A stretch of 64,000 nucleotides of DNA from an uncultured Stakelama sp. Its GTDB lineage: Bacteria; Pseudomonadota; Alphaproteobacteria; Sphingomonadales; Sphingomonadaceae. Positions 54,998-64,000 of the stretch are shown here, one piece after another. Within the stretch, counting starts at the first letter, position 1; every line of letters starts with the position of its first letter. The notes under the pieces were generated by a model that saw only the letters and a program-made list of their open reading frames with translations, did no database searches and had not been told where the DNA came from. The stretch spans positions 6,756-70,755 of the forward strand of contig CAZXFY010000013.1 of the NCBI GenBank assembly GCA_964639855.1, given 5' to 3'. Made by a program: the position numbers and the translations under genes.

Positions 54998-55941
54998 CCG
55001 CGGCCGCGCCCCATGTTCCGGTGCTGCTCGACGAGGTGCTCGACGCGCTCGCCATCACGCCGGGCGAGCGCCACGTCGATGCGACCTTCGGTGCGGGCGG
55101 CTACACGCGCGCGATGCTCGCCCGCGGCGCCGAGGTGATCGCGTTCGACCGCGATCCCGACGCGATCGCGGAAGGGCAAGTGCTGGCGGACGAGGCCGAT
55201 GGCGCGTTGATCCTTGTGGAAGCGCCCTTCTCCGCGCTCGACGGCGAGATCGCGGCGCGCGGCCTCGCGCCCGTCGATGGCGTCACGATGGATATCGGCG
55301 TCTCCTCGATGCAGCTCGATCGCGCCGAGCGCGGCTTCTCGTTCCAGGCGGACGGGCCGCTCGACATGCGGATGAGCCGGGAAGGGCCGACGGCGGCCGA
55401 TTTCGTCAACACCGCCGACGAGGGCGAGATCGCGGACGTGCTCTATCTCTACGGCGAGGAGCGCCAGTCGCGCCGCGTGGCGCGCGCGATCGTCGCCGCA
55501 CGGCCGATCACGCGCACGTCCGAGCTGGCAAGGGCGGTGCGCAAGGCGCTCGGCCACAAACCGCATGACAAGAAGGACCCGGCGACGCGGACCTTTCAGG
55601 CGATCCGCATCCATCTCAACCGCGAGCTGGACGAGCTGGAGCAGGGGCTGGCGGCGGCGGAGCGGGTGCTGAAGCCCGGCGGGCGGCTTGCGGTCGTCAC
55701 CTTTCACAGCCTCGAGGACCGGCTGGTGAAGCGGTTCCTGCGCGTGCGCAGCGGCGCGGCGCCCGGCGGCTCGCGGCATCTGCCGCAAGCGCGGCCCGAG
55801 GCGGCGCCGAGCTTCGAGCAGGTCGGGCGCGCGGTGCGGCCCGGCAACGACGAGGTCGAGCGCAATCCACGCGCGCGCTCGGCGACATTACGCGTGGCGC
55901 GGCGGACCGCCAACGCCGCCTGGACGGGAGAAGCAGCATGA
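54994..55941 (+). CDS. rsmH: 16S rRNA m4C1402 methyltransferase
   Basis: [62 protein letters not shown]. Confidence 0.97.
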   Translation: MTAAAPHVPVLLDEVLDALAITPGERHVDATFGAGGYTRAMLARGAEVIAFDRDPDAIAEGQVLADEADGALILVEAPFSALDGEIAARGLAPVDGVTMDIGVSSMQLDRAERGFSFQADGPLDMRMSREGPTAADFVNTADEGEIADVLYLYGEERQSRRVARAIVAARPITRTSELARAVRKALGHKPHDKKDPATRTFQAIRIHLNRELDELEQGLAAAERVLKPGGRLAVVTFHSLEDRLVKRFLRVRSGAAPGGSRHLPQARPEAAPSFEQVGRAVRPGNDEVERNPRARSATLRVARRTANAAWTGEAA

Positions 55942-56573
55942 CCGCGACCTATCGGCTCAAGGGCATGGGATGGTTCCTTGTCGTCGTGATCGGTGCGCTC
56001 GGATGCTATCTGATGTCGCTCCAGGTCGCGACCGAGCGCAAGAAGCTCGAGGACCTCAATCACGACATCGCCCAGGCGCATCGCGATATCCGCGCGCTCC
56101 AGACCGAATTCGCGACCCGCTCCAACCTCGCCCAGCTGGAGCGCTGGAACGGCGAGGTGCTTGCGCTTACGGCGCCGACGTCCGCGCAGTTCATCTCGAG
56201 CGAGGCGCAACTCGCGTCGCTCGATTTCAATGGCGCGGCCGGCCCCGAGATTCAGACGGCGGCGCTCGTCATTCCGGCCGCGCCGCCGCTCGACGGCCGC
56301 GCGCCCGAGCCTGTCGAGAAGAAGACGCCCGCACCGATCGTGATGGCGGCGGCCGCGCCGGTAGCGGTCGCCCCGACCCCGGCGCGCGTGCATGAGACGA
56401 AGGCGTCGGAGCCGGTTCGCATCGTCGCGGAGCAGAAGGCGCCGGCCAAGTCCGCATCGCACCGCACCAAGGCCAAGATCGAGGCGATGGCGATGCTCGA
56501 CAATACGCTGCTGAGCGATGCCACGCTCGGCGACCTTCTGGCGGGTGCGCGCGCCGAGCGCCGGCGCCGTTGA
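55938..56573 (+). CDS. ftsL: FtsL-like cell division protein with long Pro/Ala-rich extension
   Basis: TM segment + coiled coil ([18 protein letters not shown]), between rsmH and ftsI. Confidence 0.7.
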   Translation: MTATYRLKGMGWFLVVVIGALGCYLMSLQVATERKKLEDLNHDIAQAHRDIRALQTEFATRSNLAQLERWNGEVLALTAPTSAQFISSEAQLASLDFNGAAGPEIQTAALVIPAAPPLDGRAPEPVEKKTPAPIVMAAAAPVAVAPTPARVHETKASEPVRIVAEQKAPAKSASHRTKAKIEAMAMLDNTLLSDATLGDLLAGARAERRRR

Positions 56574-58288
56574 GCGTCCTCCTTGCCCGACCGCTGCCGC
56601 AGCGGCGGCTGACCGGCCAGCGCCACGCGCTGGTCGTCACGTCGCACCAGCGGCTGGTGATGCTGCTGATGCTGTTCGCCGCGGGCGCGCTGCTGATCGT
56701 CATGCGGCTCGCCTATCTCGCCGCCTTCACCGATCCCGCGACGAGCCGCGACGGGGCAGCCGCATTGGTGCCGTTGCGCGCCGATATCGTCGATCGTAAC
56801 GGCGAGCCGCTGGCGCGCACGATCGATGCCTGGTCGATCGGCGTGCATCCGCGCAAGATCATCGGCGACCGCGATCAACTGGCCCGCGAGCTGGCCGAGC
56901 TGATTCCGGCGCATGACGAGGCCTATTTCTCGGAAAAGCTTCGTTCGGACGTCAACTTTACCTATATCCAGCGGCGCGCATTGCCCGATCTGGTCGAGAA
57001 GGTGAATGCGCTGGGTGAGCCGGCGATCGTGTTCGATCGCGAGCCCGAGCGGCTCTATCCGCAATCGACGCTCGCGGCGCATGCGCTGGGCTTCATCGAT
57101 TATTCGGGGCATGGCGCGCGCGGAATGGAGCGCGCGCTCGACGAGCGGCTGACCGATCCGGCGCTGCGGGGCGCGCCCGTGGCGTTGTCGATCGACAGCC
57201 GTGTCCAGGCCGCGATGGAAAGCGAGCTGGGGGCGGCGGTCGCCACCTTCCAGGCGCGGGCCGGGGCGGGGATCGTGCTCGACGTCCATACCGGCGAGGT
57301 GCTGGCGATGGTCTCGCTGCCGCAGTTCAACCCCAACCGGATCAAGGACGCGACCGACGACGAACTGCGCAACAACGTGACGCAGAGTGTGTTCGAGCTG
57401 GGATCGACCTTCAAGCCGATCACCGTCGCGGCGGCGATCGACATGGGGGTCGAGACCTCGATGTCGAAGCGGTTCGACGCGACCAAGCCGCTCAAGGTCG
57501 GGCGCTTCACGATCCACGACGATCCCGGCGACGAGCAGTTCCGCTGGCTCAACATCCCCGAGACGCTGATCTATTCGTCCAATATCGCGACCGCGCGGAT
57601 CGCGGATGAACTGGGCGCCGATCGTCTCCAGGCGATGTTCCGCAGGCTGTCGTTCGACACCAGGCCTCATATCGAACTCAGGGAGAAGGCTACGCCGCTC
57701 TGGCCCGATTACTGGGCACGGGTGACGGTGATGACGGCCGCGTACGGCCATGGCATCGCGGTGACGCCGCTGCAGCTCGCGAACGCCTATGCGGCGCTGG
57801 TCAATGGCGGTATCTGGCGGCCGGCGACGCTGCTCAAGGTGCCCGAGGGCGAGGCGGTGCAGGGTCGGCGCGTGTTGAAGCAATCGACGAGTGACCGGAT
57901 GCGCCAGCTCCTCCGCCTGATCGTGATGAAGGGCACGGGGCGCAAGGGCGCCGCGCCGGGCTATCGCGTCGGCGGCAAGACGGGCACCGCCGAGATCGCG
58001 CAGGCGGGCGGCTATTCGGCGCACCGGAACGTATCGACCTTCGCGGCGGCCTTTCCGATGGACAATCCGCAATATGTGGTGGTCGCGACGTTGGTGGCGC
58101 CGCACGGGACGAAGGAGACCTACGGCTTCACCACCGCCGCCTGGAACGCGGCGCCCGTGGTGAGCCGCGTGATCCAGCGAGCCGGGCCGCAACTGGGCGT
58201 GATCCCCGATCCGAACAAGGACATCGACGTTTCCGAGCTGCTGCCGCTCCTGTGGCAGTCGCCGGCGGAAAAAGAGGCGGCGCAATGA
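56570..58288 (+). CDS. ftsI: Peptidoglycan transpeptidase PBP3
   Basis: RADIVDRNG, SxxK in GSTFKP, SSN, GYGHG-like AYGHG, KTG in GGKTGTA. Confidence 0.95.
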   Translation: MSVLLARPLPQRRLTGQRHALVVTSHQRLVMLLMLFAAGALLIVMRLAYLAAFTDPATSRDGAAALVPLRADIVDRNGEPLARTIDAWSIGVHPRKIIGDRDQLARELAELIPAHDEAYFSEKLRSDVNFTYIQRRALPDLVEKVNALGEPAIVFDREPERLYPQSTLAAHALGFIDYSGHGARGMERALDERLTDPALRGAPVALSIDSRVQAAMESELGAAVATFQARAGAGIVLDVHTGEVLAMVSLPQFNPNRIKDATDDELRNNVTQSVFELGSTFKPITVAAAIDMGVETSMSKRFDATKPLKVGRFTIHDDPGDEQFRWLNIPETLIYSSNIATARIADELGADRLQAMFRRLSFDTRPHIELREKATPLWPDYWARVTVMTAAYGHGIAVTPLQLANAYAALVNGGIWRPATLLKVPEGEAVQGRRVLKQSTSDRMRQLLRLIVMKGTGRKGAAPGYRVGGKTGTAEIAQAGGYSAHRNVSTFAAAFPMDNPQYVVVATLVAPHGTKETYGFTTAAWNAAPVVSRVIQRAGPQLGVIPDPNKDIDVSELLPLLWQSPAEKEAAQ

Positions 58289-59700
58289 GGCTCGGCGCGC
58301 TCACCGGCGGAGACGAGAGCGCCACGGTGACCGGCTTCGCGATCGACCACCGCAAGGTGGCGCCGGGCACCGTGTTCGGCGCGTTCCAGGGGATGCGAGC
58401 CAATGGCGAGGACTTCATCCCGGCCGCGGTCGCGGCGGGGGCGATCGCCGTGGTGGCGCGGCCGGAGGCGCGCGTCGAGCGGGCTGTGCATATCGCCGAT
58501 CACAATCCGCGCGCGCTGTTCGCGCGGCTGGCGGCAAGCTTCTTCGCGCCGTTCCCGCCGGTGACGGTGGCGGTGACGGGGACCAACGGCAAGACCTCGA
58601 CGGTCGAGATGACGCGTCAGCTCTGGCGGATGGCGGGGCATCACGCCGCCTCGATCGGCACGTTGGGTGTAACGACCGCCGACGACAGCGTTTCGACCGG
58701 GCTGACGACGCCCGACATCGTGACCTTCCTTTCCAATGTCGCGGGGCTGGGACGCGAGGGCGTGACGCATGTCGCGTTCGAGGCGTCGAGCCACGGCCTC
58801 TCCCAATATCGCACCGAGGGGCTTCCGGTGCGGGCCGCGGCGTTCACCAATCTGAGCCGCGACCATCTCGATTATCACAAGGACATGGCGGAATATTTCA
58901 CCGCCAAGCTCAGGCTGTTCGCCGAGGTGCTCGATCCCGACGGAACCGCGGTCGTGTGGGTGGACGATCCCAATGCGGCGCGGGTGATCGATCTGGCGCG
59001 GGAGCGGCGCAACCCGATCGTCACGGTCGGCGTCCACGGCGAAGCGCTGCGTCTCGTCTCGCGTTCGCCGACGCTGCTCGGGCAGGGGCTCGTCGTCGAG
59101 GCGGAAGGGCGCGAGCATAAGGTGAACCTGCCCGTGATCGGCGCGTATCAGGCGGCGAACGCGCTGACCGCCGCCGGGCTGGTGATCGCCACCGGCGGCG
59201 ACGTGGCGACGACGATCGCCAACCTCGCACGGCTCCAGCCGGTGCGCGGGCGGTTGGAGCGCGCGGTCATCACGCGTAGCGGCGCGCCGGTCTATGTCGA
59301 TTACGCGCATACGGCCGATGCGCTGGAAGCGGCGATCGCGGCGTTGAAGCCGCACGCGCGCGGGCGGCTGATCGTCGTGTTCGGGGCAGGCGGCGATCGC
59401 GACGTGGGCAAGCGCGAGCCGATGGGGCAGGTCGCGGCGGCAAGCGCCGATCTCGTCATCGTCACCGACGACAATCCGCGCACCGAAGACCCGGCGGCGA
59501 TCCGCGCCGATGTGATCAAGGGAGCGCCGGGCGCGATCGAGATCGACGGGCGCCGCGCCGCGATCGCCGAGGCGATCCGGCGCGCGGGGCCGGAGGATAT
59601 CGTGCTGCTCGCGGGCAAGGGGCACGAGCAGGGGCAGGTGGTCGGCGATCTGGTGCTGCCGTTCGACGATGTCACCGTCGCGCGCGAGGCGGCGGCATGA
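58285..59700 (+). CDS. murE: UDP-MurNAc-tripeptide synthetase (meso-DAP adding)
   Basis: TGTNGKTS, LTTPD, FEASSHGL, FTNLSRDHLDYH, VDYAHT, DNPR. Confidence 0.97.
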   Translation: MRLGALTGGDESATVTGFAIDHRKVAPGTVFGAFQGMRANGEDFIPAAVAAGAIAVVARPEARVERAVHIADHNPRALFARLAASFFAPFPPVTVAVTGTNGKTSTVEMTRQLWRMAGHHAASIGTLGVTTADDSVSTGLTTPDIVTFLSNVAGLGREGVTHVAFEASSHGLSQYRTEGLPVRAAAFTNLSRDHLDYHKDMAEYFTAKLRLFAEVLDPDGTAVVWVDDPNAARVIDLARERRNPIVTVGVHGEALRLVSRSPTLLGQGLVVEAEGREHKVNLPVIGAYQAANALTAAGLVIATGGDVATTIANLARLQPVRGRLERAVITRSGAPVYVDYAHTADALEAAIAALKPHARGRLIVVFGAGGDRDVGKREPMGQVAAASADLVIVTDDNPRTEDPAAIRADVIKGAPGAIEIDGRRAAIAEAIRRAGPEDIVLLAGKGHEQGQVVGDLVLPFDDVTVAREAAA

Positions 59701-61070
59701 CTCTCTGGACCTCTGCCGAGGTTGCCGCCGCAACCGGCGGCACGGCCTCGACGGACTTTGCGGCCGGCGGCGTCACCTTCGATTCGCGCGAGGTGGGGCC
59801 GGGCGATCTCTTCATCGCGCTCGAGGGCGAGACGACCGACGGGCATCGGTTCCTCGATTCGGCGTTCGAGCGGGGAGCAGCGGGTGCGGTGGTGGGCACG
59901 CCGACCCCGCACCCGCATGTGCTGGTCGGCGACACCGCCGCCGCGCTCGACGATCTCGGCCGCGCGGCGCGGGCGCGGACGGGCGCGACGATCATCGGCG
60001 TCACCGGCTCGGTCGGCAAGACCGGAACCAAGGAGGCGCTGTTCGCCGCGCTCGACCGGCCCGAGCCGGGGCAGGCGCACCGATCGGTCAAGAGCTACAA
60101 CAATCATACCGGCGTGCCGCTCTCTCTCGCGCGGATGCCGGCGGAGTGCCGCTTCGGCGTGTTCGAGATGGGGATGAACCATGCCGGCGAGCTTGCGGTG
60201 CTGGCCCGATTGGTGCGGCCGCATATCGCGATCATCACCGCGATCGCGCCCGCGCACACGGCGTTCTTCCCCGACGAATCGGCAATCGCGGACGCCAAGG
60301 GAGAAATCTTTCAGGGTCTGGAGCCCGGTGGCACCGCGATCGTGCCCTATGACAGCCCGCATCGCGATCGGCTGATCGCCGCCGCCAAGCCTCATGCCGG
60401 CCGCATCGTCACGTTCGGGCTCGACCGCGGCGCCGACGTGTATGCGATCGAGACAATGCGCACGCCGACCGGCGGCACCTTCGTCTCGGCGCGGTTGGGC
60501 GAGGAGGAGCTGAGCTACACGCTGTCGCAACCGGGCGCGCATTGGGTGTCGAACAGCCTCGCGGTGCTCGCGGCGGTGCAGGCGGCGGGCGGCGATCTCG
60601 CGATGGCGGGGCTGGCGCTCGCCGAACTGGGCGGGCTGCCGGGGCGCGGCGCGCGGTTCGTGGCGCCGGTCGATGGCGGCGAGGCGCTCGTCATCGACGA
60701 GAGCTACAACGCCAATCCTTCATCGATGCGCGCGACGCTGGCGGTGCTCGCGGCCGAAACCGCGTCGCGCAAGATCGCGGTGCTGGGCGAGATGCGCGAG
60801 CTGGGCGACAAAAGCGACGCGTATCACGCCGATCTCGCCGAGCCGCTGCTGGCTTCGGGCGCCGAGGCGGTGCTGCTCGTCGGCAAAGCGATGGCGCCGC
60901 TTGCGAACGCGCTTGAGGGGCGGATCGATTTCGTTCATGTGCCCGACGCCGCGGCTGCGCGCGACCGGCTGGCGACGATGCTGGCGCCGGGCGACGCGGT
61001 GCTTGTCAAGGGATCGAACGGGGTGGGGCTCGCAAGCGTGGTTGCCGCGCTCGCGGGCAGGAAATCGTAA
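59697..61070 (+). CDS. murF: UDP-MurNAc-pentapeptide synthetase
   Basis: [52 protein letters not shown]. Confidence 0.97.
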   Translation: MTLWTSAEVAAATGGTASTDFAAGGVTFDSREVGPGDLFIALEGETTDGHRFLDSAFERGAAGAVVGTPTPHPHVLVGDTAAALDDLGRAARARTGATIIGVTGSVGKTGTKEALFAALDRPEPGQAHRSVKSYNNHTGVPLSLARMPAECRFGVFEMGMNHAGELAVLARLVRPHIAIITAIAPAHTAFFPDESAIADAKGEIFQGLEPGGTAIVPYDSPHRDRLIAAAKPHAGRIVTFGLDRGADVYAIETMRTPTGGTFVSARLGEEELSYTLSQPGAHWVSNSLAVLAAVQAAGGDLAMAGLALAELGGLPGRGARFVAPVDGGEALVIDESYNANPSSMRATLAVLAAETASRKIAVLGEMRELGDKSDAYHADLAEPLLASGAEAVLLVGKAMAPLANALEGRIDFVHVPDAAAARDRLATMLAPGDAVLVKGSNGVGLASVVAALAGRKS

Positions 61071-62140
61071 TGCTGTACCTCATCGCCGAGCATCTGGGCT
61101 TCCCCGGCATCCTCAACCTCATCCGCTATCTGAGCTTCCGTTCGGGCGGGGCGGTGGCGACCGCCTTGTTCATCGGCCTCATCATCGGGCCGAAATTCAT
61201 CGGCTGGCTGCGTGTGCGGCAGGGCAAGGGCCAGCCGATCCGCAGCGACGGGCCGCAATCGCACCTCGCCAAGCGCGGCACGCCGACCATGGGCGGGCTG
61301 ATGATCCTCACCAGCATGACGCTGTCGATCCTGCTGTGGATGGACCTCAAGAATCCCTATGTCTGGGCGTGTTTGTGCGTGACGCTGGGCTTCGGTGCGA
61401 TCGGCTTCCTCGACGATTACGACAAGGTGCGCAAAGCGAGCAGCGCGGGTGTATCGGGCAGGATGCGGCTTTTGGGCGAATTCCTGATCGCCGGCATCGC
61501 GAGCTGGCTGATCGTGCTCCAGAACGGCACCCATCTCTATCTGCCGTTCCTGATGGGCGTGTCGATCGATCTCGGCTGGTTCTACATCGTCTTTGCCGCG
61601 TTCGTGATCGTGTCGTTCGGCAATGCCGTGAACCTGACCGACGGGCTGGACGGGTTGGCGACCATGCCCGTCATCATCGCCTCGGTGACGTTCATGATCA
61701 TCGTCTATCTGGTCGGCAACGTGAAGTTCGCCGGTTATCTCGGCATCCCGCATGTCGCCGGCGCGGGCGAGCTGGCGATCTTCTGCGGCGCGATGGTGGG
61801 GGGCGGGCTCGCCTTCCTGTGGTTCAACGCGCCGCCCGCGGCGGTTTTCATGGGCGATACCGGCAGCCTTGCGCTGGGCGGCGCCCTGGGCGCGATCGCG
61901 GTGACGGCGCATCACGAGATCGTGCTCGCGATCGTCGGCGGGCTGTTCGTCGTCGAGGCGCTCAGCGTCATCATCCAGGTCTTCTTCTTCAAGCGAACCG
62001 GCAAGCGCGTGTTCAAGATGGCGCCGATCCACCACCATTTCGAGCAACTGGGCTGGAGCGAGCCGACCGTGGTGATCCGCTTCTGGATCATCGCGTTGGT
62101 GCTCGCGCTGGCCGGGCTTTCGACGCTGAAATTGCGGTGA
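61070..62140 (+). CDS. mraY: Phospho-N-acetylmuramoyl-pentapeptide transferase
   Basis: [45 protein letters not shown]. Confidence 0.98.
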   Translation: MLYLIAEHLGFPGILNLIRYLSFRSGGAVATALFIGLIIGPKFIGWLRVRQGKGQPIRSDGPQSHLAKRGTPTMGGLMILTSMTLSILLWMDLKNPYVWACLCVTLGFGAIGFLDDYDKVRKASSAGVSGRMRLLGEFLIAGIASWLIVLQNGTHLYLPFLMGVSIDLGWFYIVFAAFVIVSFGNAVNLTDGLDGLATMPVIIASVTFMIIVYLVGNVKFAGYLGIPHVAGAGELAIFCGAMVGGGLAFLWFNAPPAAVFMGDTGSLALGGALGAIAVTAHHEIVLAIVGGLFVVEALSVIIQVFFFKRTGKRVFKMAPIHHHFEQLGWSEPTVVIRFWIIALVLALAGLSTLKLR

Positions 62141-62166
62141 TGGGGATGCGGCACGCAGCACCTTCA

Positions 62167-62192
62167 CCGCATCCCCGCGCAGGCGGGGATCC
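62167..62192. repeat. Single REP-like hairpin between mraY and murD
   Basis: atccccgcgcaggcggggat. Confidence 0.6.
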
Positions 62193-62198
62193 ATTGGC

Positions 62199-63611
62199 AT
62201 GATCACCTGCGACGCCTGGCGCGGCAGACGCTATGCGGTGCTCGGGCTGGCACGCTCGGGCGCGGCGACGGTCCGCGCGCTGCTGACAAGCGGTGCCGAG
62301 GTGACGGCGTGGGATGCGGATGAAGGGCGGCGCTCTCAACTCCTCCCCGGCACGGGGAGGGGGACCGTCGGCGCAGCCGATGGTGGAGGGGGCCCCGCCA
62401 CGAGCGGCACGATTTAGGGGGGGCCCCGCCACCCACCCGCGTCGCGTCTTGGTCCCCCTCCCCGTGCCGGGGAGGAGTTGGTTGTCGCCGATCCCGACGG
62501 GCTCGACCTCGCCGGTTTCGACGCGCTGGTCGTCTCGCCGGGGGTGCCGCTCAACCGGCATCCGCTGGCGGCGAAGGCGCGGGGCGCGGGCGTGCCGATC
62601 ATCGGCGATATCGAGCTGTTCGCCGAGGCGCGGGCCGGGTTGCCGCCGCACAAGGTTGTCGGGATTACGGGCACCAACGGGAAGTCCACCACGACGGCGC
62701 TGATCCATCACATCCTCCAGGCCGCGGGCGTGCCGTCGTTGATGGGCGGCAATATCGGGTTGCCGATTCTGGCGCAGGCGCCGCTGCCGGAAGGCGGCGT
62801 CTATGTGCTGGAGCTGTCGAGTTACCAGATCGACCTGACGGAAAGCCTCGATTGCGACGTCGCGATCCTGCTCAACATCACGCCGGATCACCTCGATCGG
62901 TACGAAGGATTCGAGGGCTATGCCGCGTCGAAGGCGCGGTTGTTCGCGATGCAGTCGGCCGATCACGCCGCCATCGTCGGGATCGGCGATGCCGTATCGG
63001 CGGCGATCGCGCGCGCGCTTTCGGGGCGGGGCGAGCATCTCACCAGGATCGCGCCGGGCGTGTGCCTCGATCAATCGCGCTGGCCCGCATTGCAGGGGCC
63101 GCACAATGCGCAGAACGCGCTCGCGGCGATTGCGGCGTGCGAAGCGCTGGGGATGCCGGCCGAGGCGATCGATCGCGGGCTTGCGAGCTTTGCGGGGCTG
63201 CCGCACCGGATGCAGCGCATCGGCGCGGTGAACGGCGTCGCCTATATCGACGACAGCAAGGCGACCAATCCGGAGTCCGCCGCCCCCGCGCTCGCCGCGT
63301 TCGACCGGATTCACTGGATTCTCGGCGGGCTCGCCAAGTCGGACGATCTCGATGCCTGCGCGCCCTGGTTCGATCGTGTTGCGCGCGCCTATACGATCGG
63401 CGAGGCGGGGCCGCGCTTCGCCGACATTTTGCGGCCGCATATGGCGGTGGACGAAAGCGGCACGCTCGACGTCGCGGTGCGGCGGGCGGCCGAGGTCGCG
63501 ACGCCGGGGGAGACGGTGCTGCTGTCGCCGGCCTGCGCCTCGTTCGACCAGTTCCGCGACTATGAAGCGCGCGGCGACGCATTCCGCATGGCCGTGGAGG
63601 GGTTGGCATGA
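62199..63611 (+). CDS. murD: UDP-MurNAc-L-Ala:D-Glu ligase, interrupted by an in-frame TAG (62415-62417) inside an inserted palindromic element
   Basis: The N part (YAVLGLARSG) and C part (VVSPGVP, ITGTNGKSTT, LELSSYQ, LNITPDHLDR, GLPHR, DDSKATN, LLSPACASFD) are in the same frame, separated by one TAG. Confidence 0.9.
62337..62480. mobile_element. 144-bp palindromic element with perfect 30-bp terminal inverted repeats, inside murD
   Basis: caactcctccccggcacggggagggggacc ... ggtccccctccccgtgccggggaggagttg; the length is a multiple of 3. Confidence 0.9.
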
Positions 63612-64000
63612 CCGACATTCGAGCCGATCATTCGGGATTGTGGAAGCGGATGAGGCCGCGCGCCGGGCGCGGCGACGCGACCCCGCTCGCGCTCTGGTTC
63701 TGGGACATCGATCGTGTGCTGCTGCTGATCGCGCTGTGCCTGATCGCGATCGGGTTGATCGCGGTAGCGGCCGCCTCGCCGGCGAGCGCCGTGCGCTATT
63801 CGGGCGCGCACCATCATATCGCGCCGCTTTATTATTTCTGGCGGCAGCTCGCCTGGGTCGCGATCTCGCTGCCGGTGATGTTCGTGGTGTCGATGCTGCC
63901 CGTCCAGACGGCCAAGCGCCTTGCGCTCGCGGGCACCGTCATCTGCTTCGTGCTGCTCGCGCTGGTGCCGTTCATCGGCGCCGAGACGAACGGCGCGCGG
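63608..64000 (+). CDS. ftsW: Cell division protein FtsW, 3'-truncated by the window edge
   Basis: The ATG overlaps the murD stop; WFWDIDR..L, GLIAVAAASP, RQL.W, GAETNGAR. Confidence 0.93.
   Translation, partial: MTDIRADHSGLWKRMRPRAGRGDATPLALWFWDIDRVLLLIALCLIAIGLIAVAAASPASAVRYSGAHHHIAPLYYFWRQLAWVAISLPVMFVVSMLPVQTAKRLALAGTVICFVLLALVPFIGAETNGAR

Noticed and set aside
55938-56573. Unusually long FtsL
   Set aside because: The extension is low-complexity Pro/Ala sequence, and nothing in the window suggests a new domain.
62400-62430. Classical T4 gene 60-type bypass, pyrrolysine or selenocysteine decoding at the murD stop
   Set aside because: The codon before TAG (ATT) has no matching landing codon downstream in the element. 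The stop is TAG, not TGA. No pyl or sel genes are in the window.

Overview
A high-GC alphaproteobacterial chromosomal segment. The gene set and order (mucR, fur, NDUFA12-DUF2155-aat, dual-CSD/DUF192) and the repeat families point to Sphingomonadaceae (inference). From left to right it holds: bioB (5'-truncated) and an acyl-CoA carboxylase alpha subunit; a MacAB-TolC-like exporter; the miaB-phoH-ybeY-corC block; fur, mucR, rimI and tsaB; a CocE/NonD hydrolase; a fragmented tRNA-Trp-secE-nusG / rplKA / rplJL region; a GGDEF-EAL protein, a fatty acyl-AMP ligase, recX and cysK; and the start of the dcw cluster (mraZ to ftsW, 3'-truncated). Four things stand out. (1) Four tandem paralogous ~95-aa secreted/membrane proteins (25.6-27.5 kb) each have their own terminator; three have a perfect EcfG/sigma-T-type promoter (GGAAC-N16-CGTT), and a PDZ + M48 metallopeptidase gene is transcribed divergently from them. 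This is my best candidate for an undescribed system. (2) Palindromic REP/MITE-like elements are dense, and several sit in frame inside genes. The copy in murD has perfect 30-bp terminal inverted repeats and carries an in-frame TAG. (3) A single-chain restriction-modification gene and two uncharacterised genes lie between nusG and rplK. (4) A MITE supplies the stop codons of both convergent neighbours. No database searches were run; family calls rest on motifs read from the translations.
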